NCBI GenBank assembly: GCA_022483045.1
Contig: JAKVOA010000001.1
Coordinates: 207,750-271,749 of the forward strand
Length of the DNA: 64,000 nt
Source of the DNA: Oscillospiraceae bacterium
GTDB lineage: Bacteria > Bacillota > Clostridia > Oscillospirales > Acutalibacteraceae
Direction of reading: 5' to 3'
The notes under the pieces were generated by a model. The model worked only from the letters and a program-made list of their open reading frames with translations. It had not been told where the DNA came from and did no database searches. The translations under genes were made by a program, and so were the position numbers. Shown in pieces: positions 17,356 through 27,402 of the stretch; the stretch's first letter is position 1; every line of letters starts with the position of its first letter.

Positions 17356-19257
17356 ATGGACTACAAATCTTGTGCACAGCAGATCTTAAAGGAGATTGGC
17401 GGCAAAGATAATCTGATTAGCGCGGCGCACTGCGCGACCCGGCTGCGGCTGGTTATCTCTGACAACAGCAAATGCAACAAAGAGCATCTGGAAAACATCG
17501 ATGGCGTAAAGGGCGTGTTTGAGGCGTCTGGGCAGCTGCAGATTATCATCGGCACCGGTACAGTCAACAATGTTTACGACGAATTTATCAAAGCGGCCGG
17601 CGTGACCGGCGCAACCAAAGAAGAGGCAAAACAGGCGGCTGTAAACAAAGCCCCCCTGTGGCGCAGAGCAATTAAGGTACTGTCCGATATCTTTGTACCG
17701 ATTATTCCCGCTATCGTGGCAAGCGGCCTTTTAATGGGCCTTTTAAACGGCTTTGCCTCGATTTACCCCGCGATCGCAAATGACGGTTCTTACAAATTGG
17801 TTTCTCTGTTTAGTAACGCGGCATTCGTTTTTCTGCCGGTGCTTATCGCCATCAGCGCGGCAAAAGCGTTTGGCGGCAACCAATTTCTAGGTGCCGTTAT
17901 CGGTATGATCATGATTCACCCGGACCTGACCAACGCCTATACGGCGGCAACTATGCTGGCTGCCGGAAAATCCGTTCCGCAGGTGAGCGTTTGGTTTGGC
18001 CTGTACAACATCAATCTGGTTGGCTACCAGGGGCATGTCATTCCCATCATCATTGCTGTATGGGTTATGTGCCTGATTGAAAAGAAACTGCACAAAATTG
18101 TTCCCTCTATGCTTGACCTGTTCGTTACACCGCTTGTTTCCGTTTTGGTAACCGGCTACCTTTCCCTGACCATCTTTGGGCCGGTGTTCTCTTTCTTAGA
18201 GAGCGGCCTGCTTTCAGGTATCAAAGCCCTGATTACCCTGCCCTATGGCATTGGCGGCCTGATTTGCGGCGGTGTTTATGCGCCGATTGTTGTTACCGGC
18301 CTGCATCAAATGTTCAACGGCCTTGAAACTGGCCTGCTTTCCGCGTACAAATACAACAACTGGATGCCGATTGCAACGGCGGCAAATATCGCACAGGGCG
18401 CAGCCGCTCTGGCAGTTGCACTGAAGACCAGAAACGCAAAGACCAAGTCAATGGCGCTGCCGTCCTCTCTTTCTGCTTTCCTCGGCATTACAGAGCCGGC
18501 AATCTTTGGTGTCAACCTTCGTTTTGTAAAGCCGTTTGCATGCGGCTGCATCGGCGGCGCGATTGGCGGCATGTTTGCCAGCTGGATGGGCATTAAGGCG
18601 ACCGCCATGGGCATTACCGGCCTGTTTGGCATTATGATTACCACCGCGTACCTGCCCCAGTACCTTTTGGAAATGGCAATTTCGTTTGCGGTTTCGTTTG
18701 GGCTGACCATGCTGGTCTACCGCGAAAAGAAACCAGAGACAATCACTGTCGCTGCCGGCACAGAGCAGGCAAAGCCCGCCCTGCGTGCAGACGGAAAAAC
18801 TGAGATTTCCAGCCCGCTTACAGGCAGCATTGTCGCACTGAAAGATGTACCGGATGCGACCTTTGCAGAGGGGATTTTAGGCCAGGGCGTTGCTGTACAG
18901 CCCACCGAGGGCAAGGTCGTTGCTCCTGCCGACGGTGTTGTCAGCACCCTGTTTGAGACACACCATGCCATTGGTTTGACTTTGGACAGCGGCGAGGAAC
19001 TGCTCATTCACATCGGCCTGAATACTGTCGAGCTGGAGGGCGAGGGATATATGGCCCATGTTGAGGTTGATGACCGTGTTACAAAAGGGCAGACCCTTAT
19101 CACCTTTGATATTCCACTGATTGAGAAAAAAGGCTACAAGACCGTTACGCCGGTTATCGTGACCAACAGCGATGCCTATGATGTTTCCGTCCTGGCACAG
19201 GGCAGTGTTCAGTCAATGCAGCCCCTGCTAGCGACAAAGAAAGGAGTGCAGGGATGA
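17356..19257 (+). CDS. scrA: PTS sucrose-type transporter, fused EIIB-EIIC-EIIA
   Basis: EIIB Cys motif AAHCATRLRL, a long polytopic EIIC, and a C-terminal EIIA-Glc-like domain (HAIGL ... LIHIGLNTVELEG). Confidence 0.85.
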   Translation: MDYKSCAQQILKEIGGKDNLISAAHCATRLRLVISDNSKCNKEHLENIDGVKGVFEASGQLQIIIGTGTVNNVYDEFIKAAGVTGATKEEAKQAAVNKAPLWRRAIKVLSDIFVPIIPAIVASGLLMGLLNGFASIYPAIANDGSYKLVSLFSNAAFVFLPVLIAISAAKAFGGNQFLGAVIGMIMIHPDLTNAYTAATMLAAGKSVPQVSVWFGLYNINLVGYQGHVIPIIIAVWVMCLIEKKLHKIVPSMLDLFVTPLVSVLVTGYLSLTIFGPVFSFLESGLLSGIKALITLPYGIGGLICGGVYAPIVVTGLHQMFNGLETGLLSAYKYNNWMPIATAANIAQGAAALAVALKTRNAKTKSMALPSSLSAFLGITEPAIFGVNLRFVKPFACGCIGGAIGGMFASWMGIKATAMGITGLFGIMITTAYLPQYLLEMAISFAVSFGLTMLVYREKKPETITVAAGTEQAKPALRADGKTEISSPLTGSIVALKDVPDATFAEGILGQGVAVQPTEGKVVAPADGVVSTLFETHHAIGLTLDSGEELLIHIGLNTVELEGEGYMAHVEVDDRVTKGQTLITFDIPLIEKKGYKTVTPVIVTNSDAYDVSVLAQGSVQSMQPLLATKKGVQG

Positions 19258-20618
19258 GTATAAATCGCTGGCGTCAGGCGTTTCATCTCGAGCCGCCGCA
19301 TGGCTGGCTCAACGACCCAAACGGCTTATGCTGGTTTGGCGGCAGATATCATGTGTTCTTTCAGTACAGCCCGGAAAGTGCCGCGGGTGCCGGCGAAAAA
19401 TGCTGGGGCCATTACGAAAGCCCCGACTTTCTGCACTGGCAGTTTACTGGAATTGTCCTGCGGCCGGATACGGCAGATGACTGCAGCGGCGTTTATTCCG
19501 GCAGTGCCGTGGCGGCAAAAGAAATTCTGCATTTATTTTATACAGGAAACGTCAAAATGCCCGGCAGCTACGACTATATCACAGCAGGGCGTGGCAGCAA
19601 TGTCTTGCACGTGACCAGCAGAGACGGCCGGCAAATGAGCCCCAAGCGGTGCCTGCTGCGCAATGCGGATTACCCAGGGTGCACCTGCCATGTGCGTGAC
19701 CCGAAAGTTTGGCACAGCGAGCAGGGGTGGAAAATGGTGCTTGGCGCCCGCAGCACAGCGGACAAAGGCCAGGTGCTGGTCTTTCACGGCAGTGACCTGG
19801 ACCATTGGCAGTACGCCGCCACCATTACTACACCGGAACCTTTTGGCTATATGTGGGAGTGCCCGGATTATTTTCGACTTGACGGCCGCGGGGTGCTCAG
19901 TGTTTCGCCGCAGGGCCTGCCGCACAGCGCGCTGCGCTACCAGAATGTCTATCAAAGCGGCTGGTTTTCGGCGGCAGGCAAACTGGAAGAAGGGCACCTG
20001 GACGCCTTTACCGAGTGGGACAGAGGCTTTGATTTCTATGCGCCGCAGACTTTCTGTGCACCGGACGGCCGCCGTATCCTCATTGGCTGGATGGGTTTGC
20101 CTGACATTGCATACCAAAACCCAACCACTTCCTTGGGCTGGCAGCACTGCCTGACCGTTCCGCGGGAATTGTCGTGGGACAAAAAGGGCCGGCTGTGCCA
20201 GCACCCGGTGCGCGAGCTGCAGGCGCTGCTTGGCACCGCACAGACTCTTTCAGCCGGCAGCAGCACTGCTGCAACTCTGCCGTTTGCGCTCTCTGCATCA
20301 CCGGAAAAGAGCTTTTCCATTACCCTTGCAGAGGGACTTACCTTGCGGTACAATGAAGAAGAAAAGCTGTGCCAGCTATGCTTTACCGACAAAGCACTGG
20401 GCGGCGGGCGCACTCTGCGCAGTGTGCAGATGGACTGCTGCCATGATGTGCAGATTTTGGTGGATCGCTCGTCGCTTGAGATTTATCTTAACGGCGGTGC
20501 GGTGGTATTTAGTACCCGCTTTTATCCGAAGGAAGAAGAAATTGCCCTGCAGCTGTCGGGCACAGATGCAGCTTTGCGTCCGATGCGGGCTATGGAGGTG
20601 ATTGGCTTTGTCCAATAA
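19254..20618 (+). CDS. scrB: sucrose-6-phosphate hydrolase (GH32)
   Basis: GH32 motifs WLNDPNG, RDPKV and WECPDYF. ATGA overlap with the scrA stop. Confidence 0.9.
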   Translation: MSINRWRQAFHLEPPHGWLNDPNGLCWFGGRYHVFFQYSPESAAGAGEKCWGHYESPDFLHWQFTGIVLRPDTADDCSGVYSGSAVAAKEILHLFYTGNVKMPGSYDYITAGRGSNVLHVTSRDGRQMSPKRCLLRNADYPGCTCHVRDPKVWHSEQGWKMVLGARSTADKGQVLVFHGSDLDHWQYAATITTPEPFGYMWECPDYFRLDGRGVLSVSPQGLPHSALRYQNVYQSGWFSAAGKLEEGHLDAFTEWDRGFDFYAPQTFCAPDGRRILIGWMGLPDIAYQNPTTSLGWQHCLTVPRELSWDKKGRLCQHPVRELQALLGTAQTLSAGSSTAATLPFALSASPEKSFSITLAEGLTLRYNEEEKLCQLCFTDKALGGGRTLRSVQMDCCHDVQILVDRSSLEIYLNGGAVVFSTRFYPKEEEIALQLSGTDAALRPMRAMEVIGFVQ

Positions 20619-21579
20619 AAAATTGTACGCCATAGGGGAGGCTCTCATCGACTTCATTCCTGGACAGACAGGCTGCGCTTTTAGCGAAGTGAAAAGCTTT
20701 TCTCCGGCTTTGGGCGGTGCGCCGGCAAATGTTTGTGGCGCTTTCACCCGGCTGGGCGGCAAAAGCGAAATGATTACGCAGCTGGGGGATGACCCCTTTG
20801 GACACAAAATTGCAGATGAATTAAAAGAATACGGTGTGGGCACTGGCCACATCTGCTTCACAAAGGCCGCAAATACGGCGCTTGCCTTTGTCAGCCTTGG
20901 CAAAAACGGAGAGCGTACATTCTCGTTTTACCGCAGTCCGTCTGCCGATATGCTGCTGACGCCAGAGCAGATTGAGCGCCCGTGGTTTGACGATGCCTTT
21001 GCCCTGCATTACTGCAGTGTTTCTTTAGGGGATACCCCGATGAAGCGTGCGCACGAGGCTGCCATTCGCTACGCAAAAGAGGCGGGCGCCATCATTAGCT
21101 TTGACCCGAACCTGCGCTTTTCCCTTTGGCAGGATGCAGATGAGCTGCGCCGGGTAGTGCTTTCCTTTATTCCTTGTTCTCATGTACTGAAAATTTCAGA
21201 TGAAGAATTGAAATTTCTGACGGGTACAGCGGATATTCAAAAAGCGTTGCCACAGCTTTTTCTGGGGGATGTGCAGCTAATTCTGTACACCTGCGGCAAA
21301 GAGGGAGCGTGGGCCTTTACACGCAGCGCACAGGCTTTTTCACCAGCCGACAAACAAACACGCGCGGTGGACACCACCGGCGCAGGCGATGCCTTTGCCG
21401 GATCGTTCCTGTACAGCCTTGCTGCAAATAATATTACCGCACATCAGCTTGCTGGTCTTTCGGAAGAGGAACTGTATCGTTTCCTGGCATTTTCAAACCG
21501 CTGCTGCGATTTCAGTGTGCAGAGGCATGGTGCACTCGCTTCTTACCCGAAACAGAGTGAAGTACAGGAAGAATTTTAA
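20602..21579 (+). CDS. scrK: fructokinase (PfkB family)
   Basis: KLYAIGEALIDF N-terminus and DTTGAGDAF motif. The true start may be TTG 20608, 9 nt after GGAGG. Confidence 0.85.
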   Translation: MALSNKKLYAIGEALIDFIPGQTGCAFSEVKSFSPALGGAPANVCGAFTRLGGKSEMITQLGDDPFGHKIADELKEYGVGTGHICFTKAANTALAFVSLGKNGERTFSFYRSPSADMLLTPEQIERPWFDDAFALHYCSVSLGDTPMKRAHEAAIRYAKEAGAIISFDPNLRFSLWQDADELRRVVLSFIPCSHVLKISDEELKFLTGTADIQKALPQLFLGDVQLILYTCGKEGAWAFTRSAQAFSPADKQTRAVDTTGAGDAFAGSFLYSLAANNITAHQLAGLSEEELYRFLAFSNRCCDFSVQRHGALASYPKQSEVQEEF

Positions 21580-21616
21580 ATAGCACTGTAAAAGCATCTG
21601 AATAAAACGATAAAAG

Positions 21617-21670
21617 AAGCGGGACTCTCGGCGGCTGTTATGCTGCCGAAGAGTCTCGCTTTTTTGTTTT
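21617..21670. terminator. terminator between convergent scrK and glgB
   Basis: Imperfect ~15-bp stem AGCGGGACTCTCGGC / GCCGAAGAGTCTCGCT, then TTTTTTGTTTT. Confidence 0.6.
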
Positions 21671-21711
21671 CCTGTATTGTCTTTATATAGAGATTGTTTT
21701 GCTTTTTGCGT

Positions 21712-23538
21712 TTATCTTTTGCGGAAGACCAGGCCGGAGTAGGCGGGCAGGTCTATACAGATGCCCTCGGTGTTCCTGCGGCGGGAAGAAGTATCCGGAT
21801 TGTGGTGGCCGTTTCCGCCGTAATCGGTGAGGTCCGTGTTAAAGACTTCCGTATAAGTGCCCGGTTGACGTACCGGCAGGAAATAGCTGATTGCAGGGCG
21901 TGCGGAAAAATTCAGCGCGATGTACAGCTCTTCGCAGCCGGTGGACTCTATGTTTTCTCGGCAGTACGAGAAGATACACCGCCCACTGTTGGAAAGATCC
22001 ATCCATTCAAAGCCCTTGGGGTGGTAGTCACTGCGGTATAAAGCGGGGTTATCCCGGTAAAACTTCTGTAGGGCAATGACAAAGCGGTGAAAAGCGTCGT
22101 GCTTTGGGTATGTCAGCAGGTTCCAGCCGAGTTCGGCGTCCTCGTCCCATTCTTTAAACTCTGCCAGTTCATTGCCCATAAAATTCAGCTTTTTGCCGGG
22201 GTGGGTAAACATGTAGAGCCAGAACAGACGCAGCTGCGGAAATTTGTCGTCGTAGTCACCGTATATTTTATTGATAATCGTACGCTTGCCGTGTACGACT
22301 TCATCATGCGACAGTGGCAGTAGGAAAATATCATTATAAAAATAGCTCATGGAGAAGGTGATTTCCTGCGAAAAAGCGGGGCGCTCGTCTGGGCGCTTCA
22401 TCATGTAGTCCAGGGCGTCATTCATCCAGCCCAAATCCCATTTATAGTCAAAGCCAAGTCCGCCGTACTCGACCGGCGCGGTCACTTTGAGAAAACTGGT
22501 GGAATCTTCAGCAATCAACATGGCAGTGGGGTGGCGCTGCTGCATGGCATAGTTGGCGTTGCGCAAAAACCACACGCCCGCGTCATTTATGCCGCGGTTT
22601 TCTTGGCCGCAGACATACAAAAGGCGGGAGACCGCGTCGTAGCGGATACCGTCAAAGTGGTAGTAGGTCAGCCAGAAATCGACAGAGGATTTCACAAAGC
22701 TGACAACGTGCGGTTTAGTGAAGTCAAAGAAAGTGGTGCCCCATTCGCTGTTTCGCAGCGAGGGGTCGGCGCTTTCATATAAATAGGTACCATCGAATTT
22801 ACTGAGCGCATAGTTGTCGCTAATAAAATGCGCCGGTACAAAGTCCATGATTACGCCGATTTGCTCCCGGTGGCAGCAGTCAATGAAGTGCATCAGCTGC
22901 TGCGGGGCGCCATAGCGGCTGGTGGCAGAAAAATAGCCGGAAACCTGGTAGCCCCAAGAGGCATCCAGCGGATGTTCAGTCAGTGGCAATAGCTCAATAT
23001 GGGTAAAGCCTTCCTGCTTAACATAGGGCAGCAGGGTATCAATGAGTTCATCATAAGTGTAAAAGCGGTCTGCATCTTTTTTCTTTTCTTTTATGCGCCA
23101 AGAGCCGGGGTGGACCTCATAAATGGAAAGCGGCGCATTGTAGTTTTTCGTGCGGGAAGCCATCCAGCCGGCATCGGTCCAAGTGAAGCCGTCCAAGTCA
23201 CAGACTCGGCTGGCCGTGGCGGGGCGCACCTCTGCGTAAAAACCAAAGGGATCGGCCCGGTCAAAGTACCCCTCAGGGGTTTGTATGCGGTATTTATACA
23301 TTTGTCCATCGCGGGCGCCCTCTACGAAAATAGACCAAAAGCCCGCCGGAGAACGCTGCATCTGCCAAGCGTTCCACTCGGAAAATTCCCCAATCAAAAA
23401 GACACTCTCTGCATGGGGTGCATATACCGTAAAGCGAAAGCCCGCTTGTCCGTATTCATCGGCTTTGTGTGCGCCCAGCGCCAGGTATGCTTCACAGCTC
23501 TGTCCCTGCAGGTATTCGCGCAGGATTCTTTCATACAT
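21712..23538 (-). CDS. glgB: 1,4-alpha-glucan branching enzyme (GH13)
   Basis: GlgB-like sequence throughout the ~608-aa protein. Start moved to ATG 23538 (MYERIL...), which is preceded by AAGAGGG 8 nt upstream. Confidence 0.85.
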   Translation of the reverse strand: MYERILREYLQGQSCEAYLALGAHKADEYGQAGFRFTVYAPHAESVFLIGEFSEWNAWQMQRSPAGFWSIFVEGARDGQMYKYRIQTPEGYFDRADPFGFYAEVRPATASRVCDLDGFTWTDAGWMASRTKNYNAPLSIYEVHPGSWRIKEKKKDADRFYTYDELIDTLLPYVKQEGFTHIELLPLTEHPLDASWGYQVSGYFSATSRYGAPQQLMHFIDCCHREQIGVIMDFVPAHFISDNYALSKFDGTYLYESADPSLRNSEWGTTFFDFTKPHVVSFVKSSVDFWLTYYHFDGIRYDAVSRLLYVCGQENRGINDAGVWFLRNANYAMQQRHPTAMLIAEDSTSFLKVTAPVEYGGLGFDYKWDLGWMNDALDYMMKRPDERPAFSQEITFSMSYFYNDIFLLPLSHDEVVHGKRTIINKIYGDYDDKFPQLRLFWLYMFTHPGKKLNFMGNELAEFKEWDEDAELGWNLLTYPKHDAFHRFVIALQKFYRDNPALYRSDYHPKGFEWMDLSNSGRCIFSYCRENIESTGCEELYIALNFSARPAISYFLPVRQPGTYTEVFNTDLTDYGGNGHHNPDTSSRRRNTEGICIDLPAYSGLVFRKR

Positions 23539-23665
23539 GATAAAAGCCCTCTTTTCGTTTTGGCATTCAAGAACCGGCACGCCCGGAAGACCAAGCGGAT
23601 TCTCTTACCATTATAAACGAAAAAAAGGCAAAAAGCGAATGATTTTTTACAGAAAGGAGTTCTTT

Positions 23666-24481
23666 TTACGTTTTGTGAAAAATAAATTTCTGCACAGCAT
23701 AGGCGACGCCGTCATTATCGTTGGTGCGGGTGACAAAGTCGGCGGCTTCTTTTACCGGCGGCTGTGCATTTTCCATGGCGACCCCCATGCCTGCAAAGCG
23801 CACCATAGAGATGTCGTTAAAGCCATCCCCACAGGCCAAAAGAGAGCTGCGGTTTAGCCCTAGCCGGCCCAGCAGAACCGAAAGCGCCTGCCCTTTGTCG
23901 ACATTATTCGGCATTACTTCCAGGTAGTACGGCTCACTGCAGTAAATGCTGCAGGTGGGGAATTCCCTGCGCAGAGAGGGCAGAAGGTTTGCAATATATT
24001 CCGGGTCGCCGGCAAAGAGAAATTTATTTACGTGAAAATCAATGCGCTGCAGAAGGTTGGGTACTTCTTCAATCGGCATATGATTGATACGGCCGTCCGA
24101 GCGCGCATACTGGCTGTCGGGTGTTTCGGTGACAATGGTGTCGCTGCTGTAAACCATTGTGACCAGCGGGTGCTTTTTATTCAGGCCGCACAGCCGCGGC
24201 AGCAGTTCCTGCGGCAGGTAGCGCTCGTAAAGGACATTGCCGGTCTTGCAAGACACAATTTTTGCGCCGTTGAAAGAGACAATGTAGCCGTCCCAGCGGT
24301 CCATCTGCAGCTGCCGGGCCAGCGGCAGTACGCCGGGGGTCGGCCTGCCCGAAACCAGCGCGAGCCGGACCCCCTCGTGCTGCGCACGCAGCAAAGTTTC
24401 CTGAGTAGCGGGACTGATCTTCTTTTTTGAAGTTGTCAAAGTTCCGTCCAGGTCCATCGCGATCAGTTTATAGTCCTCCAT
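23666..24481 (-). CDS. Cof-type HAD-IIB phosphatase
   Basis: Motif I IAMDLDGTLT, Cof-type cap, and C-terminal GDGFNDISM. Confidence 0.8.
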   Translation of the reverse strand: MEDYKLIAMDLDGTLTTSKKKISPATQETLLRAQHEGVRLALVSGRPTPGVLPLARQLQMDRWDGYIVSFNGAKIVSCKTGNVLYERYLPQELLPRLCGLNKKHPLVTMVYSSDTIVTETPDSQYARSDGRINHMPIEEVPNLLQRIDFHVNKFLFAGDPEYIANLLPSLRREFPTCSIYCSEPYYLEVMPNNVDKGQALSVLLGRLGLNRSSLLACGDGFNDISMVRFAGMGVAMENAQPPVKEAADFVTRTNDNDGVAYAVQKFIFHKT

Positions 24482-24621
24482 ACAGCGGTCCGCCTTCCAG
24501 TAAAGTTATAAAACAGCGATTCTTATTTTACTCGCAATGGCGGTGTGCCGCAATGGACAGGAAAGAGAACCTGAAAGTTCCCGCCGCCGTTTTTTGTATA
24601 AAAAAGAAGAAGCCGCCGCAC

Positions 24622-24650
24622 TTGCGCTTTTTTGGCGGGGCAAGTATAAT
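24622..24650 (+). promoter_or_regulatory. sigma-A-type promoter (TTGCGC - 17 nt - TATAAT)
   Basis: -35 at 24622-24627 and -10 at 24645-24650, an exact 17-nt spacer, about 50 nt upstream of the HAD gene. Confidence 0.55.
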
Positions 24651-24700
24651 AAAAACAGATTTTAGTAGAAAAAGTGAGTGCTATAGGAGGAAATACTACT

Positions 24701-25363
24701 TTGCAGTTATGCTACCAAACCGTTTTGTTTGATTTTGACGGAACTATTTGTGATACCGGCGAGGGCATTATTGAGTGTGTAAAGCTTGCACTGCAGGAAA
24801 TGGGGCAGCCGGTGCCGCCGCTCGAGACACTGCGCCGGTTTGTCGGTCCGCCGGCCGAGCAGGGTTACATGATGTACTGCGGTATGCCGCTGCAGCAGGC
24901 GACAGAGGCGGTTCAGCATTTTCGCGTCCATTATAATGCAGACGGCTGGAAAAAGACAACCATCTATCCAGGTATTCCCGAGCTGCTGCGCGACCTGAGG
25001 CAGTGCGGTGCGGCAGTGTGCATTGCTTCTTCCAAGCCGCAGCCTATGGTCGAGCGCCTGCTGGAAAAGTTTCAGATTCAGCAGTATTTTACCGCGGTCA
25101 GTGCGGCCGACAGCAGCGACCAGCATTCTGAAAAAGAAACGGTTATCCGCCACGCACTGAAAATGTGCCCCGCCGCCGGCAGGGACAATTCGGTTATGGT
25201 CGGCGATACGCGCTTTGATGTGCTCGGCGCCCGTAAGGTTGGCCTGCCCTTTTTAGGCGCTGCCTATGGCTACGGCGGCCCCCAGGACCTTTGTGCCAAT
25301 GGGCAGTCGGTGCCGCTTGCGGATTCCCCGGACGGCCTGCGGCAGTATCTTTTTCGCGCATAA
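24701..25363 (+). CDS. HAD-IA family hydrolase (phosphoglycolate phosphatase-like)
   Basis: Motif I VLFDFDGTICDT and motif IV VGDTRFDV. TTG 24701, 10 nt after AGGAGG, is preferred over GTG 24674. Confidence 0.75.
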   Translation: MQLCYQTVLFDFDGTICDTGEGIIECVKLALQEMGQPVPPLETLRRFVGPPAEQGYMMYCGMPLQQATEAVQHFRVHYNADGWKKTTIYPGIPELLRDLRQCGAAVCIASSKPQPMVERLLEKFQIQQYFTAVSAADSSDQHSEKETVIRHALKMCPAAGRDNSVMVGDTRFDVLGARKVGLPFLGAAYGYGGPQDLCANGQSVPLADSPDGLRQYLFRA

Positions 25364-25394
25364 TATCTATTATCTTATATAAATATAAAAATAG

Positions 25395-25440
25395 AAAACC
25401 GATGCTTTGCAGGAACCCCGCGGAGCATCGGTTTTGTTTT
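25395..25440. terminator. bidirectional terminator
   Basis: 12-bp stem AAAACCGATGCT / AGCATCGGTTTT with flanking A and T runs. Lies between the plus-strand HAD gene and the minus-strand genes. Confidence 0.7.
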
Positions 25441-25747
25441 ATGAGTTGTCGCGATTTTTGTGCAGCCGCTGTGTGCTGCGCACCCCACAGACCAGTGCGG
25501 CGGCCGAAAGAATCAGCGTAATCACAAGCAACGGAAAATCCAGACCGAGCCGTGTCTGCGACAAGCGGATTTCGTCCCAGATAAGCAGGACAAGCAGCAT
25601 GCCGGCCAGCAGAAAAGACAGCACAGCGGTGCGCAGAAAACCGGCATGGTTTGGTGCGGCGGCTTTGCCGCCCGCAAAGTGCTCAACAACTAAGTCCAAA
25701 TACAAAAGGCATTTATTTGGCGTATTTCTCTGCATAGCTTTCTCCAA
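25439..25747 (-). CDS. hypothetical small membrane protein (two predicted TM helices)
   Basis: 102-aa ORF overlapping the 3' end of the ndk-like gene and ending at the terminator. Two hydrophobic stretches (AVLSFLLAGMLLVLLIW, FPLLVITLILSAAALVCGV). No recognisable family. Confidence 0.35.
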   Translation of the reverse strand: MEKAMQRNTPNKCLLYLDLVVEHFAGGKAAAPNHAGFLRTAVLSFLLAGMLLVLLIWDEIRLSQTRLGLDFPLLVITLILSAAALVCGVRSTQRLHKNRDNS

Positions 25748-26183
25748 ACCAAATGGTTACTTCCCGGCGGAAAGATTCCGGGCTGTCACTTGCATGAATC
25801 AGGTTTTGACAGCAGTGTCCGTCAATTTTGCACTTTTCGTAGCTGTCAATGCCAAAATCGCCGCGGATTGTGCCCTTTTCCGCTTTGGCAGGGTCGGTTG
25901 CGCCGGCAAGTTTGCGGATACGCGGAATGATATCTGACTGCTCAGACTTGACAATCATGGGCAGTACCCAGCGGTTGGTAAAGTAATCAGCGTACTTTAA
26001 GACGAAATCATTGCCTCTTTCAGCAATCACATCGGCATAGTGTTGGCAGAGCAGTTCTGTACTGGGCTTGCGGCAGTCCAGTACCTCAATTTCAATCCCG
26101 GCATCCTTTAGGCGGGCCATAATCGGCATGGTCAGACCGCGCTCAACGGCGTCCGGTTTCAGCATAATAAAACTGTAATACAT
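25713..26183 (-). CDS. ndk: nucleoside-diphosphate kinase-like protein
   Basis: FIMLKPDAV N-terminus and NLIHASDSPES, the His-containing active-site block analogous to NxxHGSD. GGAGG RBS 7 nt upstream. Confidence 0.7.
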   Translation of the reverse strand: MYYSFIMLKPDAVERGLTMPIMARLKDAGIEIEVLDCRKPSTELLCQHYADVIAERGNDFVLKYADYFTNRWVLPMIVKSEQSDIIPRIRKLAGATDPAKAEKGTIRGDFGIDSYEKCKIDGHCCQNLIHASDSPESFRREVTIWFGESYAEKYAK

Positions 26184-26207
26184 CGCAAAACCTCCATAAA
26201 ATAAAAT

Positions 26208-26702
26208 TTAGTTATGCAAAACGGCAATGGCGGCAGTCGTGCCGCCGGTCAAGCGCAGCAGATCTTGAATAGAGAGCTGCACCTGTGTGCCGATTTTTCC
26301 TCCGCTGACATAGATGGTGGGAAACTGCAGGGCGCTTTCATCAAAGACGGTGACAAAGCGCTTTTTCATGCCGATAGGGGAGCACCCGCCGCGGATGTAG
26401 CCGGTTATACGGTTTATCTCCTTCACATGGATCATCTCTACGCTTTTTGCGCCGACACTGCGGGCCGCAGCTTTCAGGTCAAGCTCTTCCGCGACAGGCA
26501 GTACAAAGACATAGTAGTCGTGGTCTGCCCCCTGTGTAACCAGGGTTTTAAAGACCTGCGCAGTCGGTTGGCCCAGTTTGCGGGCGACCGCCTCGCCGTC
26601 GATCTGTCCATCGGTGTGGTCGTAAAAATGCGCCGTATAGCTGACCGCAGCTTTGTCCAAAATCCGCATGACGTTGGTTTTATCATCTTTCTTTTTTGCC
26701 AA
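26208..26702 (-). CDS. ybaK: Cys-tRNA(Pro)/Cys-tRNA(Cys) deacylase YbaK
   Basis: KKKDDKTNVMRILD N-terminus typical of YbaK/EbsC. TTG 26702, 8 nt after GAGGG, is preferred. The ORF track starts at ATG 26717. Confidence 0.7.
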   Translation of the reverse strand: MAKKKDDKTNVMRILDKAAVSYTAHFYDHTDGQIDGEAVARKLGQPTAQVFKTLVTQGADHDYYVFVLPVAEELDLKAAARSVGAKSVEMIHVKEINRITGYIRGGCSPIGMKKRFVTVFDESALQFPTIYVSGGKIGTQVQLSIQDLLRLTGGTTAAIAVLHN

Positions 26703-26762
26703 GAGAAACACCCTCATTTCGCCTTTATTATACGCCGGCGGCGAATGCCTGTAAACCTTTGG

Positions 26763-27188
26763 TTAGGCAGATGTGCCCGTGCCATAAATGCGGCGAAAAA
26801 CTGCCGGCGGCGTTGCTGCAAGTGCACGGACCAGTTCCGCATCCGCCGGGCAGAACGAAAACAGCGGAAGCTTTTGGGGCGGCACCCACTGCAGTTTTTC
26901 ATGTACATTTTTCGCAATTTTTCCGCCTGTGATTTCTGCGTAGTAAAAGGTAAGGAAAACTTCCCGTTCCGGGTACCGGTAAAGAATCTGCCGGCAAACG
27001 GAAAGTGGTTCGACCTGAAGAGACAACTCTTCGCGGCATTCGCGCACCATGCAGCCGGCCGGCGTTTCGCCGGGTTCCTGTTTTCCGCCGGGAAATTCCC
27101 ACAACAGCGAGCAGGCGCCGCCCGGCTTTCGCTGGCAGATCAGCAGGCTGCCGCTTTCATAAAGGATTGCTGCAGAGACTTTTACCAT
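26763..27188 (-). CDS. Nudix hydrolase (MutT-like)
   Basis: Nudix box GGKQEPGETPAGCMVRECREELSL. Start set at ATG 27188 (MVKVSAAIL...). The upstream 69 codons of the ORF lie in AT-rich promoter DNA. Confidence 0.8.
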   Translation of the reverse strand: MVKVSAAILYESGSLLICQRKPGGACSLLWEFPGGKQEPGETPAGCMVRECREELSLQVEPLSVCRQILYRYPEREVFLTFYYAEITGGKIAKNVHEKLQWVPPQKLPLFSFCPADAELVRALAATPPAVFRRIYGTGTSA

Positions 27189-27402
27189 ATAAATGCCGCC
27201 TTTTTGGAAATAAAATGATAAAATATTAAAATAATAGTAACATGCGCTGTGCTGGATTTCAAGCGGCTGCAGCATAAAATGAAACGCTGACCGGCAGCGA
27301 AAGCCTGAAAATGGGCGCCTTTCTGGTCGTTTTCGGCGGAAATCTTTTTCGGCGGCTTTCGTCATTGTTTTTAAAATTTTTACTTTCATTTGCAAAAAAT
27401 TG

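Noticed and set aside
26214-27218. 334-aa plus-strand ORF covering ybaK and the Nudix gene
   Set aside because: It runs antisense across two independently recognisable genes and their intergenic region. Its composition is Arg/Ala-rich, as expected for the reverse frame of GC-rich genes.
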